In this document: positions 1-7,644 of the stretch, piece by piece
Layout: every line of letters starts with the position of its first letter
Numbering within the stretch: position 1 is the stretch's first letter
Notes under the pieces: generated by a model
Seen by the model: only the letters and a program-made list of their open reading frames with translations
The model's database searches: none
Told to the model about the DNA's origin: nothing
Position numbers and translations under genes: made by a program
Source: a bacterium
Lineage (GTDB): Bacteria > Patescibacteriota > Minisyncoccia > UBA6257 > JAGOQP01
Length of the DNA: 50,535 nucleotides
Assembly (NCBI GenBank): GCA_021801825.1
Contig: JAJYXK010000007.1
Span: 90,509 to 141,043 of the forward strand
Direction of reading: 5' to 3'

Positions 1-60
1 CAAAGCTTTGAAAGAGGCAGTGCAATAAATTTTCGATTGATATCTCTCGAGAGGTATAAT

Positions 61-88
61 AAAAATTCCGCCTTCTGGCGGAATTTTT
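61..88. terminator. bidirectional intrinsic terminator hairpin
   Basis: 12-bp stem aaaaattccgcc/ggcggaattttt with loop ttct, A-run on one side and T-run on the other. It lies between a + strand stop (26-28) and the stop of the minus-strand gene at 110. Confidence 0.6.
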
Positions 89-109
89 ATTATACAAAGC
101 GCAAGGATG

Positions 110-1057
110 TTATTTTAAATATGCTTTTACATTTGAACTCATTTTCATGAAAATATCGTACGCGGATTTAATATGAGTAATTGAATCGGTGATAATTTTC
201 TGTAGGTAGGTTTCTATAATAGCTGAATCTGGACGGCTAATGTCATTCGTTGTTTGTGTGGATGAGGCAAGTGTTTTTTCTTCAAACTTCAGTTTTTTGT
301 AAAGAGTATTGATATATTCGGTTGAACTTCCATTTTCTGAGGTTGTGTATGCATTCAATATAATCTCTTTTGATACTGTATTAAGATCGTGGGCATCATT
401 TAACGTTGTTGATGCTTTTTCAAAAAGTTGTTTAAGTGTTTGAGAGCGAGTTAGTTTCTGAGTATAAATCTGATCAACATCAAGTTTTATTTTTATGAGT
501 CGCTCGTCTGCTATTTTAAGCATGTCAGATACATTAAATGCCGCAACAATTGCATGAGATTTTTTAATAAGTGGATCTATTTCAGAAACTTTTTTCTGTT
601 CCATATCACGTGCGATGTTTTTAAGTAACGCGGAAGTGAGAGTTGAGTCGGTGTCAATGCGATCTTCTATATCACGATAATATGCTAATGATGTTTCAAA
701 AGAAGATAGTATAGAATCGTGAATTTGTTTCCAATCGTCTGAGTTGGGGAGCTGTACCTTCTTAAACTCATCGCGAGCAGCAGAGGTTTGTTTTAATGCC
801 GTCTCCACGATCAACGTTAATGTCGTGCGACGAAGCTTGAATTCTTGGGTGTCTTTATCTTGCTGTGGAATAGTGGTGCTGTCCTGTAATTCAAATAATT
901 GACGAATTTTATCTTTTATCTCTGAGATTTGAGAAGCTGATTCGTTAGTATTAGACGTTTGGGCGAATGCGGGCAAAACCGCGATACCCCCAAGAACACC
1001 GCATACTATAAAAAAGATGGCAGCTAGTCGTGTGAAAATAATGTGGTGATTTTTCAT
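110..1057 (-). CDS. secreted all-alpha hypothetical protein (last gene of the sigma/anti-sigma cluster)
   Basis: 315-aa ORF. N-terminal signal peptide MKNHHIIFTRLAAIFFIVCGVLGGIAVLPAFAQT, remainder helix-rich. 4-nt gap to the upstream gene on the same strand. Confidence 0.7.
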   Translation of the reverse strand: MKNHHIIFTRLAAIFFIVCGVLGGIAVLPAFAQTSNTNESASQISEIKDKIRQLFELQDSTTIPQQDKDTQEFKLRRTTLTLIVETALKQTSAARDEFKKVQLPNSDDWKQIHDSILSSFETSLAYYRDIEDRIDTDSTLTSALLKNIARDMEQKKVSEIDPLIKKSHAIVAAFNVSDMLKIADERLIKIKLDVDQIYTQKLTRSQTLKQLFEKASTTLNDAHDLNTVSKEIILNAYTTSENGSSTEYINTLYKKLKFEEKTLASSTQTTNDISRPDSAIIETYLQKIITDSITHIKSAYDIFMKMSSNVKAYLK

Positions 1058-1061
1058 GGGG

Positions 1062-1586
1062 TTAGTTGCTTAGTTGATTAATGAGATTGTTGATTTGAGA
1101 AGTTTCGTCAGGAGAAGATTGTGTTGATTTCTGTATGGTTGTTACCTCAGATCCAATAATAGTGTCATTTAAATGATTAAGCTGCTTTTGAGATAATTGT
1201 TTTAATGCGGCGCTGCTTTCTTGTGAGGCGGTGTCAAAGTATCCCAATCGAGACAACTCAATATTCATACTTGAAGTAAGCATTTCTGCTTCTGCGGTAA
1301 TGCTTTGAGGGCTTAATCCGGGGAATAAAACTGGTGACAATTCACGTGTCGCGTACAGGGAGATAATAAGGATAGAAAGGCCAACACTTACAAATGATCC
1401 AATACGTAATACCGAAGACATACCATACTGTAAACGAGTTACCCACGAGATGGGAGTTGCCAATTCGGGTGATAAGCGAGGAGATGAAAGAATCAAAGAT
1501 TTTGATTGCTCAGAAAATTCCGCGCGCGGTTGAATGCGTCGGAATTGTTCTAACTGTTCTATGATTTCTTTATGATTCAATTTCAT
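1062..1586 (-). CDS. single-pass membrane protein, putative anti-sigma factor
   Basis: Start moved to the internal ATG (MKLNHKEIIEQ). One central TM segment (GSFVSVGLSILIISLYA). Overlaps the sigma factor stop by 17 nt, the usual sigma/anti-sigma coupling. Function is positional inference only. Confidence 0.55.
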   Translation of the reverse strand: MKLNHKEIIEQLEQFRRIQPRAEFSEQSKSLILSSPRLSPELATPISWVTRLQYGMSSVLRIGSFVSVGLSILIISLYATRELSPVLFPGLSPQSITAEAEMLTSSMNIELSRLGYFDTASQESSAALKQLSQKQLNHLNDTIIGSEVTTIQKSTQSSPDETSQINNLINQLSN

Positions 1587-2136
1587 ATTCTTTTTGCAAT
1601 TTTTTTTGTAAATTGCGGAGCGCTCTATGTTGTAATACGCGTACCGTCCCTTCGTGTTTATGAAGCGCGGCGGCAACCTCGGCATTTGAGAGCCCTTCTA
1701 CAAATCGCATAATAATAATATCTTGCTGATCTGGATGAAGAGACCGCAAAGCGGTTTTTACATGGCCTAGTTTTATCTTTTGATCAAGAGAGTCTGGGGT
1801 GTCATCTATGGAAGGATGAATTTCTTCTTGTGTGTCATCCAGTGATAGGGAAACGTGTTTCGTTCGATAATAGTCAATAACTCGGTTTCGAGCTATTTGA
1901 TATAACCAACTTGAAACGGGGAGACCCTGCTCTTTAAAAGATCCAATATTTTGCCATGCACTGAGAAATACCTGGTGCGTGAGATCCTCAGCCTCCTCAC
2001 GATGGCTCACTCGCAGATATATAAACCTATATAATAACGGTTGATAGATATCGTAAAGGGAACCGAAAGCTGAGGATTCTCCCGCAATGGCTCTTTTCAG
2101 AATTTCATGTTCGTCTGTAAAACGATCATCTACCAT
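1570..2136 (-). CDS. ECF-type sigma-70 family RNA polymerase sigma factor
   Basis: Region 2 (LYRFIYLRVSHREEAEDLTHQVFLSAWQNIGSF) and region 4 HTH (IIIMRFVEGLSNAEVAAALHKHEGTVRVLQHRALRNL). Start chosen at MVDDRF (2136). Confidence 0.85.
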   Translation of the reverse strand: MVDDRFTDEHEILKRAIAGESSAFGSLYDIYQPLLYRFIYLRVSHREEAEDLTHQVFLSAWQNIGSFKEQGLPVSSWLYQIARNRVIDYYRTKHVSLSLDDTQEEIHPSIDDTPDSLDQKIKLGHVKTALRSLHPDQQDIIIMRFVEGLSNAEVAAALHKHEGTVRVLQHRALRNLQKKLQKEYEIES

Positions 2137-2300
2137 ATAAAACGAATAAGTAAGTAAAATGTTACGACTATATATAACCCGCAAAACCCCATGGGGGGCT
2201 TATATAATAAGTATGACATATTAAGTGAAATGAGGGAAGGAAATACATAGAATACTATGTTAGATGTCGCGCTCTTGATTAAGACTGGTGGTAGTTTTGT

Positions 2301-2338
2301 AGTCCAGAATTTCTGACGATCGTCAGAAATTCTGGACT
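2301..2338. repeat. 38-bp perfect palindrome with TGACGATCGTCA core
   Basis: agtccagaatttctgacga|tcgtcagaaattctggact is an exact reverse complement with no loop. It sits in the divergent intergenic region, and a related copy lies at 21104-21137. Confidence 0.9.
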
Positions 2339-2398
2339 ATGCAGAAAACGATATTTGTAGTGATTTATAAAAATTTTTTAGTTTATGATTCTTCTGCT

Positions 2399-3694
2399 AT
2401 GATAATCAAAATGCATCACCGTTATTTTTCTTATACCAAAGTTTTTATTACTACCTTAGCGCTTACGGTCGCGACACTTGCGGTATACACCTACGAGCGG
2501 GGGATTTCTTCGTATGTTTTCATTCCAGAATTTTCCGAGGAAGTTATCGCAACCTCTTCTCAGTCCATAGCTCAATCCGCCCTCCCACCCGCGGTATTAC
2601 AGGCATCGGTGTGTGATGCTAAAACAATTTTTTCAGATGAATCAGATCGCCGATGGTGTAGTGCACTGCCATTAGCAGATCAGATGCGCTTGTTTCAGAT
2701 CGATTTAACTCATGAGAAAATATTATTTTTCCAGCATGGTATTTTACAAAAGATATTTCCGCTCGCGTATCAAGCGCCATACGGAAAATGGTTTCAAACG
2801 CCCACAGGATTTTTTGAGGTGGGGGTAAAGCGGGAAAAATTTATGTCATCTATTTTCCCAGTCTGGATGGAACACGCAGTACAGATATATGAGGACTTCT
2901 TTATACACGGCATCCCGTATCATACCGATGGCACCAAAGTGACAAGTCAGTTTTCGGGAGGGTGTATTCGATTAGAAGATCCAGTCGCCGCTGACTTTTA
3001 TGACACTGCTCAAAAGGGAGATATGATCGTATCATATTTGTCTTTGGCGGATGCTCAAATAAAAAATAATATGATTTCACCAGTAGATACTAATTCTTTC
3101 TGGATACGACAAAGATTTAATTCTCCACTTAAAACCGACTGGTCCTGGCATGAAGATAAACAATATAACTATATTCAGCACACAGGGGTTGATTTTGCTC
3201 CTTATGAGAATGCAAAGGATATTTCGGTTCGCGCGATAGCTTCAGGAACGGTAGAATTGGTGGTATATAATGGGATTGATGATGGGGGATTAGGGAACGC
3301 CATTATTATTTCTCATAATATAGAAGGGAAAAAACTGTATGCACTGTATGGACATATGGCGTCTATGGAATTATTAAAGAAGGGAGACACGGTAGACGCA
3401 GGTGAGAAGATGGGTGTGGTGGGAAACACAGGGTATGGTTGCAACTATTGGCATGTGGGAACTGATGGTTGTGATGCGATGGGGGATCCTGATATACACC
3501 TTCATTTCGAAATAAAAGATAAACCGATACTGGCTTCTCCCATTCCCGATACGTGTATTCTTCCCTCAGGAAAGAAAACACAATGCATTGGATACACCAG
3601 TCACAACCCAACAGATTTTGGATACCGAGATCCGCTCTTAATACTATTTTCTTCAGGAGTGCTTCCTGCATCCGCACAAACATCGATAGAATAA
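2399..3694 (+). CDS. L,D-transpeptidase (YkuD) / M23 metallopeptidase fusion protein
   Basis: YkuD motif FFIHGIPYHTDGTKVTSQFSGGCIRL. M23 motifs HTGVDFAP and DIHLHFEI. N-terminal TM anchor. The ATG at 2339 abuts the palindrome, so 2399 (MIIKM) or 2411 is preferred as the start. Confidence 0.85.
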   Translation: MIIKMHHRYFSYTKVFITTLALTVATLAVYTYERGISSYVFIPEFSEEVIATSSQSIAQSALPPAVLQASVCDAKTIFSDESDRRWCSALPLADQMRLFQIDLTHEKILFFQHGILQKIFPLAYQAPYGKWFQTPTGFFEVGVKREKFMSSIFPVWMEHAVQIYEDFFIHGIPYHTDGTKVTSQFSGGCIRLEDPVAADFYDTAQKGDMIVSYLSLADAQIKNNMISPVDTNSFWIRQRFNSPLKTDWSWHEDKQYNYIQHTGVDFAPYENAKDISVRAIASGTVELVVYNGIDDGGLGNAIIISHNIEGKKLYALYGHMASMELLKKGDTVDAGEKMGVVGNTGYGCNYWHVGTDGCDAMGDPDIHLHFEIKDKPILASPIPDTCILPSGKKTQCIGYTSHNPTDFGYRDPLLILFSSGVLPASAQTSIE

Positions 3695-3698
3695 AAAT

Positions 3699-4631
3699 AT
3701 GAAAGTACGTACACAACGGATAAAAAATTCAATCTTATTTTTGGTTATTTTTGGTATTGTCTTAATCCTGTTTATTTTGTGGTATAGAATATTCTCTCCC
3801 ACAAAACATATTGCTGATGATATTACCATTACCGCAACGCCCGTAGTGCGCGTGGGAGTTGGGCACTCCTTTTTAGCGAATCTAGTGAAAGAAATCGGTG
3901 GAATGTATGTGTCGGTGGCAAATATTAAAGAACCAAGCGGAATTGTTGAAAGTGCTTCCGATGTGTGCGGGGATTCAGTGGTGTTATTTGGATTGAATGC
4001 TACACATGATGGATGGCTGCAAGAGTTGTGTGGATCAAATGGAGAAAAAACCGCGGTTGTTTTTCTGGATACCTATATAGGAACCACAGATCAAGAAAGC
4101 ACCACCACACAGAAGTTATTTTCCGGAACAGATAAGGGATATTATTGGATGACTACACAGGGAGGAAAAGATATGGCTCGGATTGTTGCAAAAATATTGA
4201 GTGAGTTTGATCCAGTGCATAAAGTATCGTATCTGGACGCGGCATATAATATTGCGTATCAATTGGATACCGTATATGGATCAGTAAAAGATAAGATGTA
4301 CAACCTTCGTGTGTCTCCGGTGATTGTGTGGGGGTATGGTTGGCAGGGAGTAGTGGGGGAATATGAGGGTAAAATTATAAAAACCATTGATACGGTTCAG
4401 AATAATCAGGAGCGTGAAGCTGCCCTAAAACAGATAGCGGAAGATTTGAAAAAAAACAAAAGAATGGTTGTGCTCGGAGACCTCTCCCTTCCCTTTGAGG
4501 ATTTAAAGAAATTGTATAGAGACGGTACACGGCGAGTGGTGATTCTTGATCCCTGGGGAGATTTCTCAGATGTGTGGCCGTACAAGGTTTTTGTTGAGCA
4601 AAATTTATTGCGAATGACGCAGGCGTTATAA
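3699..4631 (+). CDS. membrane-anchored protein with weak ZnuA/TroA-like solute-binding resemblance
   Basis: 310-aa ORF 4 nt after the previous gene, with an N-terminal TM helix. The VRVGVGHSFLANLVKEIGG ... VVLFGLNATHDGWLQEL layout resembles metal-binding SBPs, but the metal ligands are not evident. Confidence 0.6.
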   Translation: MKVRTQRIKNSILFLVIFGIVLILFILWYRIFSPTKHIADDITITATPVVRVGVGHSFLANLVKEIGGMYVSVANIKEPSGIVESASDVCGDSVVLFGLNATHDGWLQELCGSNGEKTAVVFLDTYIGTTDQESTTTQKLFSGTDKGYYWMTTQGGKDMARIVAKILSEFDPVHKVSYLDAAYNIAYQLDTVYGSVKDKMYNLRVSPVIVWGYGWQGVVGEYEGKIIKTIDTVQNNQEREAALKQIAEDLKKNKRMVVLGDLSLPFEDLKKLYRDGTRRVVILDPWGDFSDVWPYKVFVEQNLLRMTQAL

Positions 4632-4702
4632 GAGGTGGCAAAGAGAGGTGAGTAATTAAGGATCAGCTAAGAAAGAGAGAGGCTAAGAACTAGGAATAAA
4701 CA

Positions 4703-4731
4703 GGAGGGGGAATAGCCCCCCTTCTCTTTTT
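4703..4731 (+). terminator. intrinsic terminator
   Basis: G5/C5-6 stem (gaggggg aatag cccccc) followed by ttctcttttt, downstream of the 3699-4631 gene. Confidence 0.55.
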
Positions 4732-4798
4732 AATTGAAAAGCCACCTCGTATCTGCTATACTGACTATGCGCTAAAAAAGCGCATAAATACAGACTTT

Positions 4799-5101
4799 AT
4801 GATTGATACAACCGACACTCCGAGTATTCCAAAACACAAGAAGCAGACATTATATATTTGGTTAGTTATAGTGCTGGTGATTATTGCAATAAGCATTTTT
4901 GTCACTAAGCCGTTTTCTCGTGAACAAAATCAGGTTCAGCAACTGCGAAATATGGGAGTTGAAGAACAGAAAACTGATAAGGCCGCCTCTGATGTAACAC
5001 AATATATTCAAGATGAACAGGCCCTAAAGGATATAGATCAATCATTAAAGGATTTTCAAAATGGCGCATCGTTAGGAACAACAACTACGGCGACACCATA
5101 G
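4799..5101 (+). CDS. small single-pass membrane protein, hypothetical
   Basis: 100-aa ORF with TM segment LYIWLVIVLVIIAISIFV followed by a charged tail. No recognisable family. Confidence 0.5.
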   Translation: MIDTTDTPSIPKHKKQTLYIWLVIVLVIIAISIFVTKPFSREQNQVQQLRNMGVEEQKTDKAASDVTQYIQDEQALKDIDQSLKDFQNGASLGTTTTATP

Positions 5102-5130
5102 GAGATAAATATTTTTTAATACAGACGAAT

Positions 5131-5892
5131 ATGATTTCATCGTTTCAAAAAAATATCAACAGCATCATTCTGTGCGTTGCAATTCTTGCGGGAGGGGGGG
5201 TCGCGTATGCGCAACAAGAAACACCAGAGTTGATTGCACAAAAGAATTTTCTTACCTCTGCGGTAAACGCATTTTTACAACGCGCAAATCAAATGCAGAG
5301 TGTTATTCAAAAACGAACTGACATTTTCCCAAAAGAAATTCAAGGTGATCTTCTTGCGGGAGTAAGTCAGGACATTACTGCTTTTTTGGGATATTTGAAT
5401 GATATTGGTAGAGCGCAGTCGTCGGATGAATTACGGACACTCGCGGGTACTATCTATGAATATCGTATGACGGAGGACGCGCTCGTGAGACAAAATATAC
5501 TCTCCGCATACATATCCTATTTTGAGAAGGTCGCTCAACAGCGTATCGTGTCTCGATATGAGAATATTCAGGAAAAAATTATAAGCGCAAAAAACCAAGG
5601 GAAAGACACAACCATAACCGAAAAAACATTTGCTTACGCGACAATCACATTAAAAAAACTACAAGAGACAATCGTTATTCTTCATATGACATTACAACAG
5701 AAGTCTGTTATCAAAGGAGACATAACAACTTCCTTGTCTGCGATGGAGAAAGGTTTGGGTGAAATAGAAAAGCAAGTGAATGATATTTACGCAATCTTTC
5801 GTAGGATAGCGATACAAGGAAACATGATGCCCGAACTGGATACTGAAGAACGAGGAATACAAAATATGTTTCCTACCGAGAGTTTAAAATAA
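5131..5892 (+). CDS. secreted all-alpha hypothetical protein
   Basis: 253-aa ORF with signal peptide (ILCVAILAGGGVAYAQQ). Helix-rich, followed by a clean terminator. Confidence 0.65.
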   Translation: MISSFQKNINSIILCVAILAGGGVAYAQQETPELIAQKNFLTSAVNAFLQRANQMQSVIQKRTDIFPKEIQGDLLAGVSQDITAFLGYLNDIGRAQSSDELRTLAGTIYEYRMTEDALVRQNILSAYISYFEKVAQQRIVSRYENIQEKIISAKNQGKDTTITEKTFAYATITLKKLQETIVILHMTLQQKSVIKGDITTSLSAMEKGLGEIEKQVNDIYAIFRRIAIQGNMMPELDTEERGIQNMFPTESLK

Positions 5893-5909
5893 TTAAGTTT
5901 TTGTAAATA

Positions 5910-5939
5910 AAAAACACCCTATAAAGGGGGTGTTTTTTA
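5910..5939 (+). terminator. intrinsic terminator
   Basis: aaaaacaccc-tataaagg-gggtgtttttt: stem acaccc/gggtgt followed by a T-run. Confidence 0.7.
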
Positions 5940-5940
5940 T

Positions 5941-6015
5941 TGGAGCGGGTAAGCGGAATCGGACCGCCGTCTCGTCCTTGGCAAGGACGCATAATAGCCA
6001 CTATACGATACCCGC
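5941..6015 (-). tRNA. tRNA-Gly (GCC), CCA encoded
   Basis: The reverse complement folds as a cloverleaf. Acceptor GCGGGTA/TACCCGC, anticodon arm CGTCC-TTGCCAA-GGACG, T arm GGCGG-TCCGATT-CCGCT, discriminator U, 3' CCA. Confidence 0.9.
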
Positions 6016-6043
6016 ACACATATTCTGTTCTGAATATATGCTG

Positions 6044-6116
6044 TGCGCCCACAAGGACTTGAACCTTGGACCATCTCCTTAAGAGGGAGCTGCTCTACCA
6101 GCTGAGCTATGGGCGC
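6044..6116 (-). tRNA. tRNA-Lys (CTT), no encoded CCA
   Basis: Acceptor GCGCCCA/TGGGCGC, D arm GCTC-AGCTGGTA-GAGC, anticodon loop CTCTTAA, T arm CAAGG-TTCAAGT-CCTTG. Confidence 0.9.
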
Positions 6117-6212
6117 ATATATAATAATCTCAAGAAAGATTGTCTCATATTTTTTTTATTTTTTCAACAATTCGCACTAGATTTAGAGCTATTTTATTCA
6201 TTTTTATATATA

Positions 6213-6241
6213 TTGACTTATTTATATTATTATGCTATAAT
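6213..6241 (+). promoter_or_regulatory. sigma-70-type promoter
   Basis: TTGACT (6213-6218), 17-nt spacer, TATAAT (6236-6241), 80 nt upstream of the 6321 ATG. Confidence 0.55.
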
Positions 6242-6265
6242 ACACCCATAGAACATTGAGAAAGC

Positions 6266-6318
6266 ATATGATAGTTAGTTGAGCTCATTGTGTGGATGAT
6301 CTCAACTAACTATCATAT
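6266..6318 (+). repeat. 18-bp perfect inverted repeat (5'-UTR hairpin)
   Basis: atatgatagttagttgag (6266-6283) and ctcaactaactatcatat (6301-6318) are exact reverse complements with a 17-nt loop. The structure ends 2 nt before the ATG at 6321. Confidence 0.85.
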
Positions 6319-6320
6319 TA

Positions 6321-7160
6321 ATGAAAAAGTTAGCATTAGTATTATTTGTGTTGTTTACAATTGGTATCTCAGCTCAGGACGTAAAACTTCCAAATATTAA
6401 TGCAATCCACGCATTCGCAGGATTGAATATTCCCACTCAAGAAGCTGGGAAAGATCAATTTAAGTTCGATTATATGCGGTTGCACATGGATTTATCAAGT
6501 GACAATATTAAAGTTCAGTTTCGCCACGATTTTGCGAGTAATAAAATTCAACTCGCAAATGTTTCTAAGTCATTCGGAAATTTTACAATAACCGCCGGAA
6601 GATTTTTAGACCCAATATGGTGGCTATTTCCAGCACCACATACTATGTCACAGACTGCATATGCATCATCAATAAATTCGTTTACGGTTTTAAACGATGG
6701 TGTCTCGGTACAGTATGATGATGTGTTTAATGATAAGAGGGTAACTGGACGGATATCAATATTTGATTGTGATGGAAATAGAAATATTTCTGGATCGGTT
6801 GATGTTACCTTAAGCGAGAGTACCCACCTAGGATATTTCTTTCAAACCAGAGGGAACAAGACTGGATTTGGTTTAATGGCACGGAGTTCCTTTCATTTGC
6901 TATTGAATCTGGAGGGTGGAATGGTTTCTCGGCCAACAACATCTTCTGCACCTGTAGAATTCTACGCGCAGAACCAGGCTAAGATTACTGATAAGTTGAG
7001 CATATGGTTGCAGGGGGATTTTCAGGCTGACTCTGAAACTATAAGTACTATTCGCACTATGATTGGCACGGCATATCAATACTCAGCAAACAGTCATCTG
7101 AAGTTGTTTTATAACTTCACTGACAAGTTAGCCGTCGCGAAAATAACTTTTTATCTTTGA
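6321..7160 (+). CDS. secreted beta-strand-rich protein, outer-membrane beta-barrel-like
   Basis: 279 aa. Signal peptide MKKLALVLFVLFTIGISAQD. Alternating hydrophobic/polar strands throughout and an aromatic-rich C-terminus (AKITFYL). It has its own promoter and terminator. The fold call is by-eye inference. Confidence 0.6.
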   Translation: MKKLALVLFVLFTIGISAQDVKLPNINAIHAFAGLNIPTQEAGKDQFKFDYMRLHMDLSSDNIKVQFRHDFASNKIQLANVSKSFGNFTITAGRFLDPIWWLFPAPHTMSQTAYASSINSFTVLNDGVSVQYDDVFNDKRVTGRISIFDCDGNRNISGSVDVTLSESTHLGYFFQTRGNKTGFGLMARSSFHLLLNLEGGMVSRPTTSSAPVEFYAQNQAKITDKLSIWLQGDFQADSETISTIRTMIGTAYQYSANSHLKLFYNFTDKLAVAKITFYL

Positions 7161-7183
7161 TTTTCCAAATTGTACCTTGAATT

Positions 7184-7210
7184 GAGCCGCCTTACCGCGG
7201 CTCTTTTCTT
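7184..7210 (+). terminator. intrinsic terminator
   Basis: gagccgc-cttacc-gcggctc followed by ttttctt. Confidence 0.7.
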
Positions 7211-7285
7211 ATATAAGAAATAAAAATACTCACCACGGTAGATATTTTTATTTGTACTGTGTGTTACGAAGCTTTATGCGAAGTA

Positions 7286-7490
7286 GTACACCCGGAGGCC
7301 TGCCTGTTGGCCCGCTTCGCCATGGCTTTAGCGAGGCGAGTAGGCAGGGACTTCGTCTACAAATAATTTTTTCTTCCGAAAAAATTTTCGCAAACCGCCC
7401 CTTGCGATGCTCCTCGCCACCTCGCTCGTCGCATAACGCCGCGGTCTTCGAGTCCCTCACGAACGCAAAGCAGTTTGCGTTCTCGGGTAT
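7286..7490. other. GC-rich structured element containing tRNA-Arg fragments (possible ncRNA or att-site scar)
   Basis: A local GC-rich island in AT-rich DNA. It has nested helices (cctgcct/aggcagg, cgcttcgc/gcgaggcg, gaacgcaaa-gcag-tttgcgttc) and a closing pair acacccg(7288-94)/cgggtat(7484-90). A 13-nt direct copy and a 12-nt inverted copy of the tRNA-Arg 3' part are present. Confidence 0.5.
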
Positions 7491-7499
7491 GTAATTTTT

Positions 7500-7523
7500 A
7501 AAATCGTCATAAAGACGATTTTT
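7500..7523. terminator. AT-rich hairpin between tRNA-Arg and the GC-rich element
   Basis: aaaatcgtc-ataaa-gacgatttt has a 9-bp stem with T-runs in both orientations. Confidence 0.45.
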
Positions 7524-7530
7524 AAACTTG

Positions 7531-7604
7531 TACACCCGGAGGGACTCGAACCCCCAACCTTCTGGTTCGAAGCCAGACACTCTATCCAGTTGAGCTACGG
7601 GTGC
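7531..7604 (-). tRNA. tRNA-Arg (TCG), no encoded CCA
   Basis: Acceptor GCACCCG/CGGGTGT, D arm GCTC-AACTGGATA-GAGT, anticodon arm TCTGG-CTTCGAA-CCAGA, T arm GGGGG-TTCGAGT-CCCTC. Confidence 0.9.
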
Positions 7605-7644
7605 ATGGAAAATTTATAATGATTCAGTGTATACTATACGCAGT

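Noticed and set aside
1-28. The 3' end of a + strand gene entering the window (..KALKEAVQ*, stop at 26-28)
   Set aside because: Only 9 codons are visible. The frame is plausible because the bidirectional terminator follows, but the product cannot be identified, so it is not listed as a feature.
6066-6251. 61-aa + strand ORF from the ORF track
   Set aside because: Its first third is the antisense of tRNA-Lys (6044-6116). The rest is AT-rich promoter DNA giving a low-complexity Phe/Tyr/Leu peptide, with no start context.
7286-7490. Possibility that the structured element is a tmRNA, RNase P RNA or SRP RNA
   Set aside because: The acceptor-like closing helix has no G3-U70 pair. There is no Ala-ending tag reading frame. 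The conserved strings of RNase P (GAGGAAAGUCC-type P4) and SRP domain IV (GGAA tetraloop with AGCA bulge) are absent. The element is also too short for tmRNA or RNase P.
7248-7580. 110-aa (-) and 80-aa (+, 7252-7494) ORFs across the GC-rich element
   Set aside because: Both strands are open only because the segment is locally GC-rich. The minus ORF begins inside tRNA-Arg, and the products are Arg/Pro/Gly/Ser junk. The region is treated as non-coding structured DNA/RNA instead.
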